NCBI RefSeq assembly: GCF_009914755.1
Contig: NC_060947.1
Direction: 5' to 3' (one strand)
DNA from: the human T2T-CHM13v2.0 reference genome, Homo sapiens
DNA: 64,000 nt
Part shown: in pieces, positions 30,781 through 45,470 of the stretch
How positions within the stretch are numbered: the stretch's first letter is position 1
Layout: each line of letters starts with the position of its first letter
Position numbers and translations under genes: made by a program
The notes under the pieces: model-generated
The model's input: only the letters and a program-made list of their open reading frames with translations
Database searches by the model: none
Told to the model about the DNA's origin: nothing

Positions 30781-33135
30781 ATAAGTACTTCTTTATACAC
30801 CTTGAATTATAATGACATTTTAAACATAATAGCATAAAATGATTTTACTGCATAAAGTTAAAATGATTATTTCATATCATCTACTACCTAATCTGTATTC
30901 ACTTTTAACAAATGACTCAAATTAGGATATAAATGAGTTGCTTTATTTAAATTAGGTTTCCAACAAGGTTCACATTTTGCATTTGTTTTTTATGAAACTA
31001 GATTTTTGTGTATGTGTGGTGGCGGGGCGGGGCGTGGTGGGGGGGCCTTGATTCTGACCTTTAGGAGAGGAAACATTTTTCAGAGGGAGACAAAAAGTCA
31101 AAGAAGTACTTCAATTGTTGGGGAGACTTGTACATGTTTATGGGATCAAGGGAAATCACTATACTTTCTGGCTTAAGAAACAGCCCTATTCATGTCTTGT
31201 CCAACAAAGGCTAGTAATTCCAGGTTAGCCTAGGGCCCAAGAGATGAAGCAAAAGCTGAAACTGGGAAAAGAATAAATTTAGAAAGGGACAAGGTCAATG
31301 AGGAGAGTTGGTAGGGATATAATATTATTAAGCAAATCATCAATAATGTAACTTGGATTTACTTTGGGATGCCAGACTCTTGGTGGATTACTCTTTCTTG
31401 TGAACTATTTCACCATTCTGCATTTTTACATTTTCCTTCAGTTGGTTAAAACTACGGGATGGTAGAGTACTGAAGTCCTAGCTTCAATTTCCAGCTTTTC
31501 CAGTAACTGTGTGATCCAGGTTCAGCCACATGGCTTCTTTGAGCCTCCTTTGATTTGTGAAATGAGAGGACTGGGTTAGATGTCTCTAAACTTGATTTTG
31601 TCTCCAAAGTATGATTTTTCTAAGACCTTTCTTAAGCAGGTATATGCAATAAGTAAAAACTGTTTTTAGTAACTGAGCTTAACATTTTTGCTTTCCTCAC
31701 CCTGAAAATCAGGTACACAAGAACTTCTTTCCCCCTTTCCCATTATAACTTGTTTTATGGAAAGAATCTTAAATCAGAATTAAAAACTGGTAAACACAGT
31801 ATTAATAAGATAGAAATATTACCCTTTCCTCCCACTCAAATCTCAAAATAAAGCAATATTACTGCAACAAGGTATACTTCATTTTTGTAGTAAGAGCCAG
31901 TTTCATAAGTGAAACTATATGAAAAAATAACTATGGGAGTTAAAGCAAAATAGCGTATTGTGATTTGGAATAGCCAAATACATTTTATGCGTCAGTTTTC
32001 CAAAAGTTAAATTTTAAAGTAATCTTGGTTAAATTAGAATACAGACTCTTAAATAATCTACAAACAGACAATTTTTCAGATACCATGGAATCATACCTTT
32101 TATCAAGAATAACAGTTGTTTGTCAGTGCACTTTGGGATATTGAGCAGATATTTTGGAGATCACTTATGCTGAACAATATGATGCATTTATTCCAAAAAT
32201 TACAATTGCATATTTTTTGTATTACATATTTTAGTCAGCAAATAAAACAACTGCAACCACAGAATCTATTCAGGAACTAGAATTAAACAAGTTCCTTTAG
32301 AAACTGATTAAATAAACCACATAATTTCCAAAATGCCTTTCACTTTGTGCACTTAGCTTTGGTTTCTAAACCCCTTCTGAAACAGATATCTAAATGAAAT
32401 TAAAATCTTTATTTTACACAGAGGCTTCCCATCCCATCCCACCCTGTGTCCAAACTCCATCATCTTTAACACTTTAAGCAGTTATTATGAACCCAGAAGC
32501 CACTAGGATAGAGATGTTCTAACAAAGATCAAAGAAAACAAAAGTCATTGTTAAATTATTATAACCCGTGGGTCAAACCACAATCAATATAAAGACACTT
32601 ATTGAGTATCTGCTCTTTGTCAGCACTGAACAAAACACAGTGGGATGTCATAATATATTAGTCCCAATCCCTGCTTATGAGGGAGTTTATAATATAATTA
32701 TGTGTATGCATATGTGTGTTTGTGTGTGTTGGTTGGAGGCAGAAATTTATGTAAAAAATAATGAACAACATGAGGTTATGTGCTAATGATGGAATGCATC
32801 AAATAAATAATAGGTGGTTAAGAAGTTCAGAGGAGGTACATGTCTCCCTAGTCAATTGGTAAGAATAGGGCTCACAATGGTGCAATTTAAATTACTATAA
32901 TAAAGTAAATGGGATATTTTCCCAGCTCCCAAATTACCACATAGACGATTGTTTTCATACTTATTATATATAGTCATAACGTCAACCCAACTTTGAAGGG
33001 AAATAGAGAAACCCAATTTTATTGTAGTTACACCTTCAGGATTGCATTTTGCTACTAATAATTTATACAAAATGTAAGTGCTTATATCTCTGTAACTTTT
33101 AGAGATATATTCTTAACGCAGTGTTAAACTATATA

Positions 33136-35404
33136 TTTTTGTGCCAATTTTAAATAGTTTTATTTAAGACATTGCATTTTCCACTTACAGTACAGTGCTT
33201 ATAAAGTGCAATGTTATTTCCCTCCCCTGTGCACATGTTGCATATTCAAGTATTGAGAATTCCTAGTAACTTACTACAGCAGCTGAACTTTTAAACACTG
33301 CCACAGAATTTGCTACAAATTTAGGTCCTTCAATGTTTTAAATGTGTGGAACAATGCTACATCTATATTTATGTTGGCTTAATCAACCTCTTCAGTGATG
33401 GGCCTTGAGGAAGCACCACTAGAGGGAGGAGCTCCACCACCAGGGAATCCCCCAGGCATTCCTCCAGGCATGCCTCCTGCACTCTGGTACCGCTTGCTAA
33501 TGATGAGATTGCAGACTTTCTCCAGCTCTGTCTGCTGATGTTCAAATTCTTCCTTCTTAGCAGCCTGATTCTTATCCAGCCATTTGATAACTTCATTAAA
33601 CTTGTCCAGAATCTTCTGTTTGTCCTCACCATTAATCTTACCTTGAAGCTTCTCATCTTTGACTGTTGCTTTCATGTGGAATGCATAGGACTCAAGTGAA
33701 TTCTTGGATGACACTTTGTCCCTCTGCCTCTTATCTTCAGCTTTGTACTTCTCAGCTTACCGGACCATATGTTCATGTCTTCCTTGCTCAAACGGTGCTT
33801 GTCATTAGTGGTAGTAATCGTGTTCTCTTTTCCTACACTCTTGTCCACAGCAGAGACATTGAGGATGCCATTGGCATCAATGTCAAAAGTGACTTCAATC
33901 TGAGGAACACCATGGGGTGCAGAAGGTATGCCTGTGAGTTCAAACTTGTCAAGCAGGTTGTCATCCTTGGTCATAGCACACTCACCTTCATAAACCTGAA
34001 TCAGCACACCAGGCTGGTTGTCAGAATAGATAGGCTGTCAGAAGGTCTCTGTCTGCTTGGTAGGAATGGTAGTACTATGCTTGATGAGGACAGGAGGACA
34101 GTCATGACTCCACCAGCAAGTTCAATACCAAAGGAAAGAGGATTGACATCCAAGAGCAGCAAATCTTGAACGTTTTCAGATTTGTCTCCAGATAGGATGG
34201 CTGCCTGGACAGCTGCACCATAAGCAACAGCTTCATCAAGGTTGATGCTCTTATTCAGTTCTTTTCTATTGAAGATGTCTTGGAGAAGCTTCTGAATCTT
34301 GGGGATATGAGTATAACCACCAATAGAGACAATATCATGAATCTGTGACTTGTCTAGTTTGACATCTCGAATGGCTTTTTATACAGGGCCAAGGGTGCCA
34401 TGGAACAGGTCAGCATTCAGTTCTTTAAATTGGGCACAGGCAATGGATGTACAGAAGTCAATTCATTCTTAGAGAGAATCGACCTCAATACTGGCCTGGG
34501 TCCTGGAAGAGAGAGTATGCTTAGTGTGTTCACAAGCAGTACAGAGGCGTCTTATAGCTCTCTTCTTCTCACTGATGTCTTTCTTATACTTATGCTTGAA
34601 CTCAGCAATAAAATGGCTGACAATTCGGTTGTCAAAGTCTTCTTCACCCAAGTGGATGTCTCCAGATTTGACCTCAAAGATTCCATCCTGAATAATGAGG
34701 ATTGACACATCAAAAGTGCCACCTCTCAGGTCAAAGATAAACACATTTCTTTCAGCTCCAACCTTTTTGTCTAAGCCGTAAGCAATATCAGCAGCACTTG
34801 GCTCATTGATAATTCTAAGTACATTGAGACCAGCAATAGTTCCAGCATCTTTGGTAGCCTGATGCTGAGAGTTATTAAAGTAAGCTGGCACTGTGACCAC
34901 AGCATTGGTAACAGTCTTCCCAAGGTAGGCTTCTGCAATTTCCTTCATCTTTGTCAGGACCATAGAGGACACCTCCTCTGGATAGAAGATTTTGGTCTCT
35001 CCCTTGTATTCTACTTGGACCTTGGGCCTGTCAGTATCATTCACCATCATGAAGGGCCAATGCTTCATATCAGACTAGACAACAGCATCATCAAATCTGC
35101 ATCCAATCAGATGTTTGGCATCAAAAACCGTGTTGGTGGGGTTCATTGCAGCTTGATTCTTTGCGGCATCACCAATCAATCATTCAGTGTTCATAAAGGT
35201 GACATAGCTTGGAGTGGTTCAGTTTCCCTGATCATTGGTAATTATCTCTACTTTTCCATGCTGGAAAACACCCACACAAGAGTATGCAGTGTCAAGATCA
35301 ATACCAACTGCAGGTCCCTTCGACATGGTTGCTGGCGTGTAGGGCCGGCTCTGACTACAAAGAAAGACACAGAAACCTCCAGAACTGCGGGCGCATTCAA
35401 TGAG
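33136..35404 (-). pseudogene. HSPA8: Full-length processed pseudogene of HSPA8 (Hsc70); former CDS 35326-33379
   Basis: Intronless. Begins [29 protein letters not shown] and ends [36 protein letters not shown]8-like 5'UTR (CTCATTGAA...CCAGCAACCATG), 3'UTR with AATAAA at about 33158-33163 and a short A-tail. TGA at codon 36 (35221-35219), further stops and frameshifts. The HSPA8P number cannot be determined from sequence alone. Confidence 0.97.
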
Positions 35405-36061
35405 CTATATTTACTTCTTGAAAGGGAAAATAGATGTAATTTAAAATTTCATAGCAAATACTATGGAACAAAAAAATGATGTCAAAAACACTATGATTAA
35501 AAACTCACTGATATGCTGACAAACATATTACCTCAACTATCATCTGCTGAATTAAAACAGCACCAAAGCGTAAGTAAAATGACAATGAATAAAATGACCA
35601 ATAAATGTACTAATGCCCTTACAAGGGCTCCCTGTAGTACTTAGTAATGACAATTAAGAAGTATTGTGATTAGGTACTAAAAAGTTGATCTATTTCCATA
35701 CTTTTTCTGAAGATTTTCCTGACTGCCCTTTTCTGCATTTATATTTCATCTACTTCTAGTCCAGTTAGTTTTATATTTATGTTCTAAGACATGCTTTAGT
35801 CTGAACAGTTCATAAGGTCTAAGAGGAAAATGACCTTTGAAGGCACTTTCTGGGATAATGTGTCAAAATTTCAGGCCACCAAATATTATTGAATGCCCAT
35901 TCTGTGTTAAGCATTGCACTTGGCATTATGGAATACAGAGATGTGTACCAGGGCCCTAGCCTCCAAGAAAATGCTTCACTTTTAGAAATATATTTAAATA
36001 ATTTAAAAGGGTTATATAGTGTAGAATTTTCTAACTTGGTGTGACTAGATAAAATATCTAA

Positions 36062-36400
<339 letters not shown>

Positions 36401-38020
36401 TAAATTAGTATTGTCCAAATTCAGTGACTCTGACTAATGGTAGCTAATGGAAAGCTGAAATGTTCAGTTCCAACGAAAATCCTGAGGCAAATAGTGGTTT
36501 TGTTACATTCTTTAAGAGACAGAATGAATTCCTGTAGAAATGCATAATGCCTATATTTACATAACAGAAAATGTTTGGCAGAAAATAAAGTGCTGTCATT
36601 GTACGAGTTAGTATCTTTCTTTCTCTGAAGATATTTTTTAATAATGAAAGTAGAATGTACTGGAAGTGCCATGTCAGTTCATCTGTCAATAAACATAAAA
36701 TACCATTAACTCAATGGTATTTTCCGAGGTGTTGTAGTGAAGTAGAACTTGAGTTTTGGTATCACATGAACATAAGTTTAAATCCCTACAATCTCACCTT
36801 TTTAAATGACCTCTTATTTCTAAATAAACATTTTCTCACCCACATTAGCAGGGAAATAGCATGGTATTGAGGGTTAGAGGTTAAGCTCATAAAGTATCTG
36901 GATTTTAGTACATGTGATATTTTAATTATTAACAAAATTATTCTTAGGAATTGATTTTATTAGAACATTATTTTAGAAGTGATCAGGCAAATTATATTGA
37001 AGTTCACATGGTAGAAACTTCTGAGAATCTGTCCTAGTTGAGTGGTAATACAGTAGGATGAGATAAAGCAATGAGGAAAAAAAGGAGAAAATCAGCCTTT
37101 TCCAAAAAAAAACAGGCAAAAACTGCAATATCACATAAGTCAGCTTACAAATGGAAGTGCCTTCCAGACCACAGTACAGTATTGGATTAGTGTTTTTGTA
37201 TGCTACATATATGTCTTAGTGAAGACAGAAATGATTATACACAATTCATTTCCCATTTTTCATGTAAAAAAAAAGTTTACGTCTGCCATTATATTATAGA
37301 AACAGAGCTATCTAGATAAAGCCTCATCTGTAAGAGATAATGTCTGACCTTCAGGACACAGATGGAGGGCTGTGCTATTGGGCCAGGAAAATTTGCTATT
37401 CCAAGTCAGCAATAGAAAACATTAAGTTCCTGGCTAGTAGTCCAGTTCCCATTTTAATTCTCTTTACTATCTTTTTGAACTCTTCATAAACAAAAGAAAT
37501 GAAGAATAAATATATATAGGGCCAAGTGATTAAACAGAATTAAAAGTTCCGTATATAAATCTTATGTTCTTAATTATAGACTGACTAGGCTCCCCAGGAT
37601 TCCATTTTAGAAGATATTTGGCAAAACATCAAATTGCCACTTGGTGCAACATCATTTTTTAATTTTCTTTAATTGTCTAGACCTGAATTTAGCTCAGTAC
37701 AGTAGATATCAGGACAGTGGAAGCGCAGGCAGTTAAAGTTTGTCATCTTGGGGGGAGGCTGCAGCTGATATCTTAAATATTTGACATATTCATAATATCT
37801 TTTGAATATATCTCTGAACAACCTTGTAAAGTGAATAAAATAGGCAATTTTCTCAAATTTTAGACAGGAAAACTAGATTTTGAAATTACAGATAGTATGT
37901 GGCAGAACAGGTACTAAAAGAAGACTTCTTTCCCCCTTACCTACAACCATTACAACCACAGAATATGTTTTCTCTTGTGTCTTTCAGAGTGTACCTGTTA
38001 ACAGTACTGATGTTTTCCAT

Positions 38021-38080
38021 ATAGGTTGGTGCAAAAGTCATTGCAGTTTTTGCAGTTACTTTTAATGACAAAAGCTGCAC
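38021..38080. mobile_element. MADE1 (mariner-derived MITE), partial
   Basis: TAGGTTGGTGCAAAAGTCATTGCAGTTTTTGC..TTACTTTTAATGACAAAA matches the Hsmar1/MADE1 TIR. Confidence 0.8.
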
Positions 38081-38495
38081 CTCCAATGCAGCTTTTTATT
38101 CTAAGTAAAAATCCTTCCAACTCAAGCAGGGTAACTCTTTCACATGGACATTAGGGTCTTGAGCACATTCAGACTCAACATTGCCAGTACTCTGGAAGGC
38201 CACAGGGATATTTTCGTAGTCAGGTACTAGCAGCTATCTCAAACAACAAGCCTATACTTGGATTACAACATCTCTTCAGCTCAGATTCTTGTTATCTTTT
38301 GTTGCATGTCAACTTATTTGTAGGAGGATTGGAGACATTGGGTACAAGAAGATACTTTGTAAGTTTATGAATGAATTCTGCTCTATGTAAGATGATAGAC
38401 TAGGTTTTTGGAGGTAACACTATCAAACAAGTATATTGGATGTATATGTATATGTGTGTGTGTGTGTGTGTGCATATGTGTATATGTGTGTATAT

Positions 38496-38805
38496 ACTGT
38501 CAGCCTTTTGCATCTGGAAGTTCAACCAACCATAGATCAAAAATATTTTAAAAACAACGAAACTAACAAAACAATGATAAAAAATAATACAAATAAAAAC
38601 AATACAATATAACAAGTATTCACATAAGATTTACATTGTATTAGGTATTATAAGTAATCTAGAGATGATTTAAAGTATACAAGAGGACGTGCATCAGTTA
38701 TATGCAAATATTATGTTATTTTATGTAAGGGACTAAAGCATTTGCAGATTTTGGTATCTACGGGTGTCCTGGAACCAATCCCTCATGAATACCGGGAAAC
38801 AACTG
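38496..38805. mobile_element. Tigger3a/MER7-type DNA transposon derivative flanked by TG/TA repeats
   Basis: TTTACATTGTATTAGGTATTATAAGTAATCTAGAGATGATTTAAAGTATAC...GTCCTGGAACCAATCCC...CAACTG. Confidence 0.85.
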
Positions 38806-39755
38806 CGTGTATGTATATACACTCACACACATAGGTATGTATGCATGTATGAAAGTATCAAAGAGCTCACATGAGAGTAAGGAATTAGAGAGTAAAATCT
38901 ATATGAAGGATGGAACCCAGATGTGGGCAGCTCAGGACTGAGCAGCTATTGTCTTGTGGAAATTTGCTTAACAAGGGAATTTTTAAGTATGCAGACAAGG
39001 ATTCAAATAGAAGGTTATCCTCCTTTAAGCTGACACCCTAAAGAGCTATACCATAAGTATAAGGATAAAACAGAGGTAAACATGAACCACAACCTCACCC
39101 TTAGGGTCTGCAAGAAAAGGTGCCTTAGAATTGAGGGGAGGAGTAAACCTGTCCCTGATCATTTTAAACCACAAGCCAGAACTCACAGTGATTTGTCATC
39201 CAGATTCATATCAACTGGGTTGTCCAGAAATCTCAAGCTATAAATTTTGTTGATAATAATTTTGGAATGTATGCCCCTAAAGGTCTCAAAGAAGCAAATG
39301 CAAATATTCTCTGAAAAGCAACCCCATTCTAAAAATAATTTTCCAAAGAGAATAAGTAGCTCCTTGGGAAACAGCAACAATTAGGCACGCACAAGTTCAA
39401 AGTACCACTGGTAAGAGGCAGAAAAACAACAAATATAATAAATATACCTGAAAAACTTCAGGCATTGTATCATCAGACATTATTGCTATCAATAAAGAAA
39501 AAAACTATAAGATGAAAAATTTCTACAGGGAACAACAACATCTGTTGTTCTGCTTTTAATTTTTAGAAGATCCACTTTGTTCTTTTTCAGATAATCCAGG
39601 CCATTTTTATAGTAATTTGTAGAGTAAATTAAGAGCAGTTTAGGCAAAGCTGAAGAGAGAATTCATAAACAGAAAATTATCAGAAGAAAGTGTCAAAAAT
39701 GCAAAAGAGAGGGAGATGTTGAAAACATAAGAGAGGTTAAGAAATATGTAACATA

Positions 39756-40379
39756 GGCTGGGTTCAGTGGCTCATACTTGTATTCTCAGCATGTTGGAAG
39801 GCTGAGGTGGGAGGATCACTTGAGGCTACGATTTTGTGACCAGCCCGGATAACATAACAAGACGCTGACTCTACAAAAAAATTAAAAAATAAAAAAATTA
39901 GCCTGGTGTGGTGGTGTGTGCCTGTAGTCCTACCTACTTGAGAGGCTGAAGTGGGAGGATCCGTTCAGCCCAGGAGTTCAAGGTTACAGTGAGCTCTGAT
40001 TGCATTTCTGCACTCTAGCCTGGATGGCAGAGCAAGACCCCAATCTCTCTCTCTCTCTCTTTTTTTTTTGAGACAAAATCTCACTCTTTCGCCCACTTTG
40101 GAGTGCAGTGGCGTGATCACAGCCCACTGCAGCCTTGATGTCCTCGGCTCAAGTAATCCTCCTGCCCCAGCCTCCTGAGTAGCTGGGACTATGAGTGTAT
40201 ACCACCACACCCAGTTAATTTTTAAATTTTTTGTAGAGATAGTATCTCGCTATGTTGCCCAGGCTGGTCTTAAACTCCTGAGCTCAAGTGATCCTCCCGC
40301 CTCAGCCTCTGAAAGTGCTGAGATTACAAGCGTGAGCCACCACATCCCAGTCAACCCCGCCGTCTAAAAAAAAAAAAAA
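39756..40379 (+). mobile_element. AluJ (plus strand) whose 3' end is interrupted by an antisense Alu
   Basis: Body at 39756-40041, poly(A) at about 40366-40379; TSD ..GTAACATA on both outer sides. Confidence 0.88.
40043..40352 (-). mobile_element. AluJ (minus strand) nested in the preceding Alu
   Basis: (CT)n/T-tract, GAGACAAAATCTCACTC...GAGCCACCACATCCCAGTC. Confidence 0.9.
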
Positions 40380-40986
40380 GTAACATACAGTGAGAAGTAA
40401 CCAAATGTCTAATTGGGATTGAATAGGAACAGAGAAAGAGATTGGGTTAGAGGCAGTATTTGGAAACAATATAGTTAGAATTTTCTGGAGATAATCAAAG
40501 ACATCAAAGACTTAAGAAGACCAATGATTACCCAAGCAAAACAGATAAAAATAAATCTACACCTAGATATGTCACAGTGGAACTGCAGATAACCAAAGAC
40601 AAAATTAAATCACAAAAGCAGTCTGACAAAAATGCATATTACTCAAAGGGAACTATTAAACTAATAGCTGACTTCTCCAAAAAAAAAAAAAAAAAGCCAA
40701 AATAATATATTCAATATGTTAAATGAAAATAACTGCCAAGTTAAAATTCTGTATTTAGTGAAGTTATACAAGCATGGGTGTAAAATAAATACAGATGAAA
40801 ACAGAGGAACTTTCTAACCAGTAATTCCTGTTTCAGGAATTTGAAAAGGAAGTATTTCAGTAAAAAGGAAAGTGAATCTAGATAGAAGGTCTGAGGAGCA
40901 AAAAAGAATGAAGAGCCAAGTAAATGATGAATGTGTGAATAATTCTAATGAAATATTGACTTATAAAACAAAATTAATAATATTCT

Positions 40987-41278
40987 GGGTGGGCATGGTG
41001 GCTCATGTCTGAAATCCCAACACTTTGGGAGGCCAACGTGGGAGGAATGCCTTAGCCCAAGAGTTTGAGACTAGCCTGGGCAACATAGGAAGACCCTGTC
41101 TCCACAAAAAAATTAAAAGATTAGCTGGGCATGGTGATGCACACCTGTGGTCCCAACTACTTGGGAAGCTGATGTGGGAGGATTGCTTGACCCCACAAGA
41201 TCAAGGATGTAGTGAGCTGTGATTGCACCAACGCACTCCAGCTTGGGTGACAGAGTGAGACCCTGTATAAAAAAAAAA
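40987..41278 (+). mobile_element. AluJ
   Basis: Diverged full-length Alu with an A-tail. Confidence 0.88.
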
Positions 41279-42919
41279 GGTGTCAAAATAGTGTCGTAAG
41301 TGAGTACATATTTTAAGAAGATAAAATACAAGGCAAGAATAACATAATTCAAAGTTGAATTTAAATGTTCTAAATTCATTGTATTGTCCAAGAGGAAAGA
41401 CACTTATTAACTTCAGACTTTATGAAACACACACACACACAAACACACATTAATTTAATTTATAAAATAACCAGTAAAAGAAAAGGAAAAATGTGTACAA
41501 CTTTGAAAGAGAGGCAGACAGAAAAACTGAGATGTTAAAAAAGGATTAATATAAAAAGGGTAAGAAAGGAAAGGAAACAAAAAATTAGCAGAATAAGTAG
41601 ACTGCATTAAATAAAAGAGTAGCTATAAACCCAATGATATCAGTATTTACATTAAATGTAAATGGTCTAAAATTTCAGGAAAAAGTTTTCAGACTGGGTT
41701 AAAATAACAAAATAAAATAAACATAATAACAAGACAAAATGAAATAAGACAAAATAAAAATGAAATCTAAATCTACACCATCTATTATAAATACGTTTAA
41801 AGCATAGGATACAGAAATTTTGACATTAAAAAGACAGCAAAATACACCATATAATTAGTAACTGAAAGAAAGATGGTATAGCTACTGAAATAGATAAAAT
41901 AGCTAAGAGAGTAAAAGAACATTACTGGAGACGTAGCTGTTAACTTCATAGTTATACAAAGTTCTATTCATCAGGAAGATACAGCAATTTGAAACGTGTA
42001 TTTATGCAATAGCATGATTACCAAATATATAAAGTAAAAACTGACAGGAATATGAAAACAAATAGATAATTTCACTAATTGATAGAACAAGCTGGAAAAA
42101 AAATCTAAGTTTATAAAATATTTGAAAAACATGACTGACAAAAGTGAAATGACTATATAATATTCTGCACCCAAATGTAGAATACAAATTATTTTCATGC
42201 ATACAGGGAACATTGACAAAAGTTGACTATTTACTAGGCCACTGAGAAAGTTTCAATAAAATTAATGAAATTTAATTCATACAAACACTGTTCTCTGACC
42301 GTAAACATATAAGTTAAAATAATATATAAAATGACAACTAGAAAATTAGCAAGTATTTGGAAATTACTAAACATTTTGAAATAATCCATGAATCAAAAAT
42401 CATATTGAAAATTAGAAAAATTTAAAAAACTGAACTATAACAAAATACTAGATATCAAAACTTGCCAGATGAATCTAAAGCAGTGTTTAAAGCAAAATTA
42501 TCAGGCTTAAATGCATACATTGTCAAGAATAAGGCTGAAAATTAATGAGCAAAGCATACCCTCAAAAATTAGGAATTGCAGACTAAATTAAACCTAAGGA
42601 AAATAGAATGGAGACAATGATAAAGACATGAGCAGAAATTAATTAAATAAAAACAAAACTGTATCAAATCAAACCAAACATTGGTTCTCTGAAAAAAAAA
42701 AAAAGACAGACAAACCACTGACTAGATTGATTAATAGAGAAAAAAAAAAGAAAGAGAAGGCAAAAACAGTGAATATCAGGAATTGAAACAAAAGGATATC
42801 ACTGAAAATGCTACATAAATTAACATAACAAAAGGATATTATAAATGATTTTATGCCCAAAATTGAAAAGTTAGAAATATGTACAAATATCTAGACAAAC
42901 ATAACTTGACAATACTGGC

Positions 42920-43635
<716 letters not shown>

Positions 43636-45211
43636 CACTGACTTAATGGGTCACAGAAAATGTTAATGCTTTTATAATCATTAAAAGAACCAAATTTCTT
43701 TCCACTATGGCAATTCCAGAAGTAGATGGCTTTATGTGGCTGGAGAGTTCCACAAAACATTAAGGAACCAAAAATGTCCAATCTTATATAAAGCATTACA
43801 AAGAAATGAAAGCAAAATGTCACTCCCAATTTTATGAATATAGAATAACCTTGATATTAGTGAGAAAAAAATACAAGAGTAGCTCAGTTATCAACATACA
43901 TGCAAAAAATCCTTAAAGAATTAGAAAATTGGTCTCAAAAAATTAGAAAATTGAAGGAAGCGACTTACGAAAAGAAAAATACATTATTACCACATTAGGT
44001 TTATCTTAGGAATGCAAAGTTGATTTAACATTAGAAAATCAATTAGTGTATTTACAGCTTTAACAGATTAGATTTGCAGATTGATATGGAGAGAATGGAC
44101 TTTTCCATAAGTGGCTCTGGAAACACAGGGTATCAATATGGAAAAAAAATCAGGCCACTCCCTCATACTATACCCCAAATAAATTAGAGTTGCATTATAG
44201 ACCTAAATATAAAGTACAAAACTATGAGGATTTCAGAAAATGATATAGGAGAATATTTACATGATCTTGCAGTAAATGAAGGATTTCAGAAAGCAGCAAT
44301 TTAAAGAAGCAATAAATCTGACTACATTAAAATACAGAACTTTGGTTCATCAGAAAACACCCTGCAGTGAATTTTTATGGAAATTATACTTCAATAAAAG
44401 ATGGGGAAAATTCAAAAACTGTATGACACCTGGCAGGGTCAAAAAACAAGCCACAGAGGTGGCAAACATATTTGTAATACAAGTACCCAGAATAAGAGTA
44501 GTAACCAGAGCATATAAAAAACATTGATAAATTAATAAGAAAATAGCAAACAATGCAATTTGAGAAAAGGACAAAGGATTTCAAGGGGCACTTCACAAAA
44601 GAAATGCAAGTGGACAATTAATATTTGTAAAGATGCTCAAACTTAGTAATCAGGGAAATTAAAATCGCAATTAAATGCCAGTTAGTAGTCACCAGACTGG
44701 CAAAAATTAAAAGTGTGACAATACTTATGTTGGCAGGCATATGGAGCCATAGGAACTCTTATATACTTCTTGTGGAAATGTAAATTGATACAAACTATAC
44801 TAAAAAGCAATTTAGCATTATATAGCAGTAGAAAAGTGTGAACCCCATGATCCAGAAATTCCATGCTTAGGTGTATAGCCTACAGAAAGGGTTACACATG
44901 AGCACCAAGATCCATATAAAAGAATTATTTGTAGCAGTATTGCTAGTAATTATCCCAAGCTGAAACAACTTCTACATTGTAAAAGCAGCAGCAAAAAATA
45001 CTGAAATTTATGCCTTTAGTAATACAATCAAGTATTGTGCAGGTGAAGAAGCTGAGGTGCAAAGAAATGCAAATGTTTACCCCAAATCACAATAATTAAG
45101 TGACAGAGGTAACCACTTAATTGTGGCTGCAAGCAATCTAACACCAAACCTTTAGCTATTATATTACACTCTGCTGCCTCTCATGAATTTGTTATGGGTG
45201 GAAAGGAATAA

Positions 45212-45293
45212 AATTAGGTTGAGGTATATGAAATTGATATTTTTGAAGGTTAGGGAGTTGAATATTAGCAATTTGATATGACTCAGACTAATA
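45212..45293. mobile_element. MADE2-like mariner MITE (about 80 bp, imperfect terminal inverted repeats)
   Basis: TTAGGTTGAGGTATATGAAATTG ... CAATTTGATATGACTCAGACTAA. Confidence 0.65.
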
Positions 45294-45409
45294 GTTTAAA
45301 AGTTCTGAGCCCAATTGGCCTGAAATCACATAGTCCAGTGTAACAGCCTACTTCTCCTTAGGGGTCTCAGTTTCTAAGTTGTGTTTTATTAGTTTAAAAA
45401 AAGGTGGGA

Positions 45410-45470
45410 TTTTTGTTTTTTTGTTTTTGTTTTTGGGTGTTTTTTGTTTTGTTTTGTTTTGTTTTTTGCT
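45410..45470. repeat. (TTTTG)n low-complexity tract
   Basis: T/G-rich run. Confidence 0.85.

Noticed and set aside
34469-35068. 199-aa Hsp70-like ORF as a functional gene
   Set aside because: It is a fragment of the intronless HSPA8 retrocopy, bounded by stops and frameshifts.
33666-35479. Plus-strand ORFs of 167, 101 and 205 aa
   Set aside because: These are antisense shadows of the Hsp70 coding sequence, which commonly has open antisense frames; there is no independent support.
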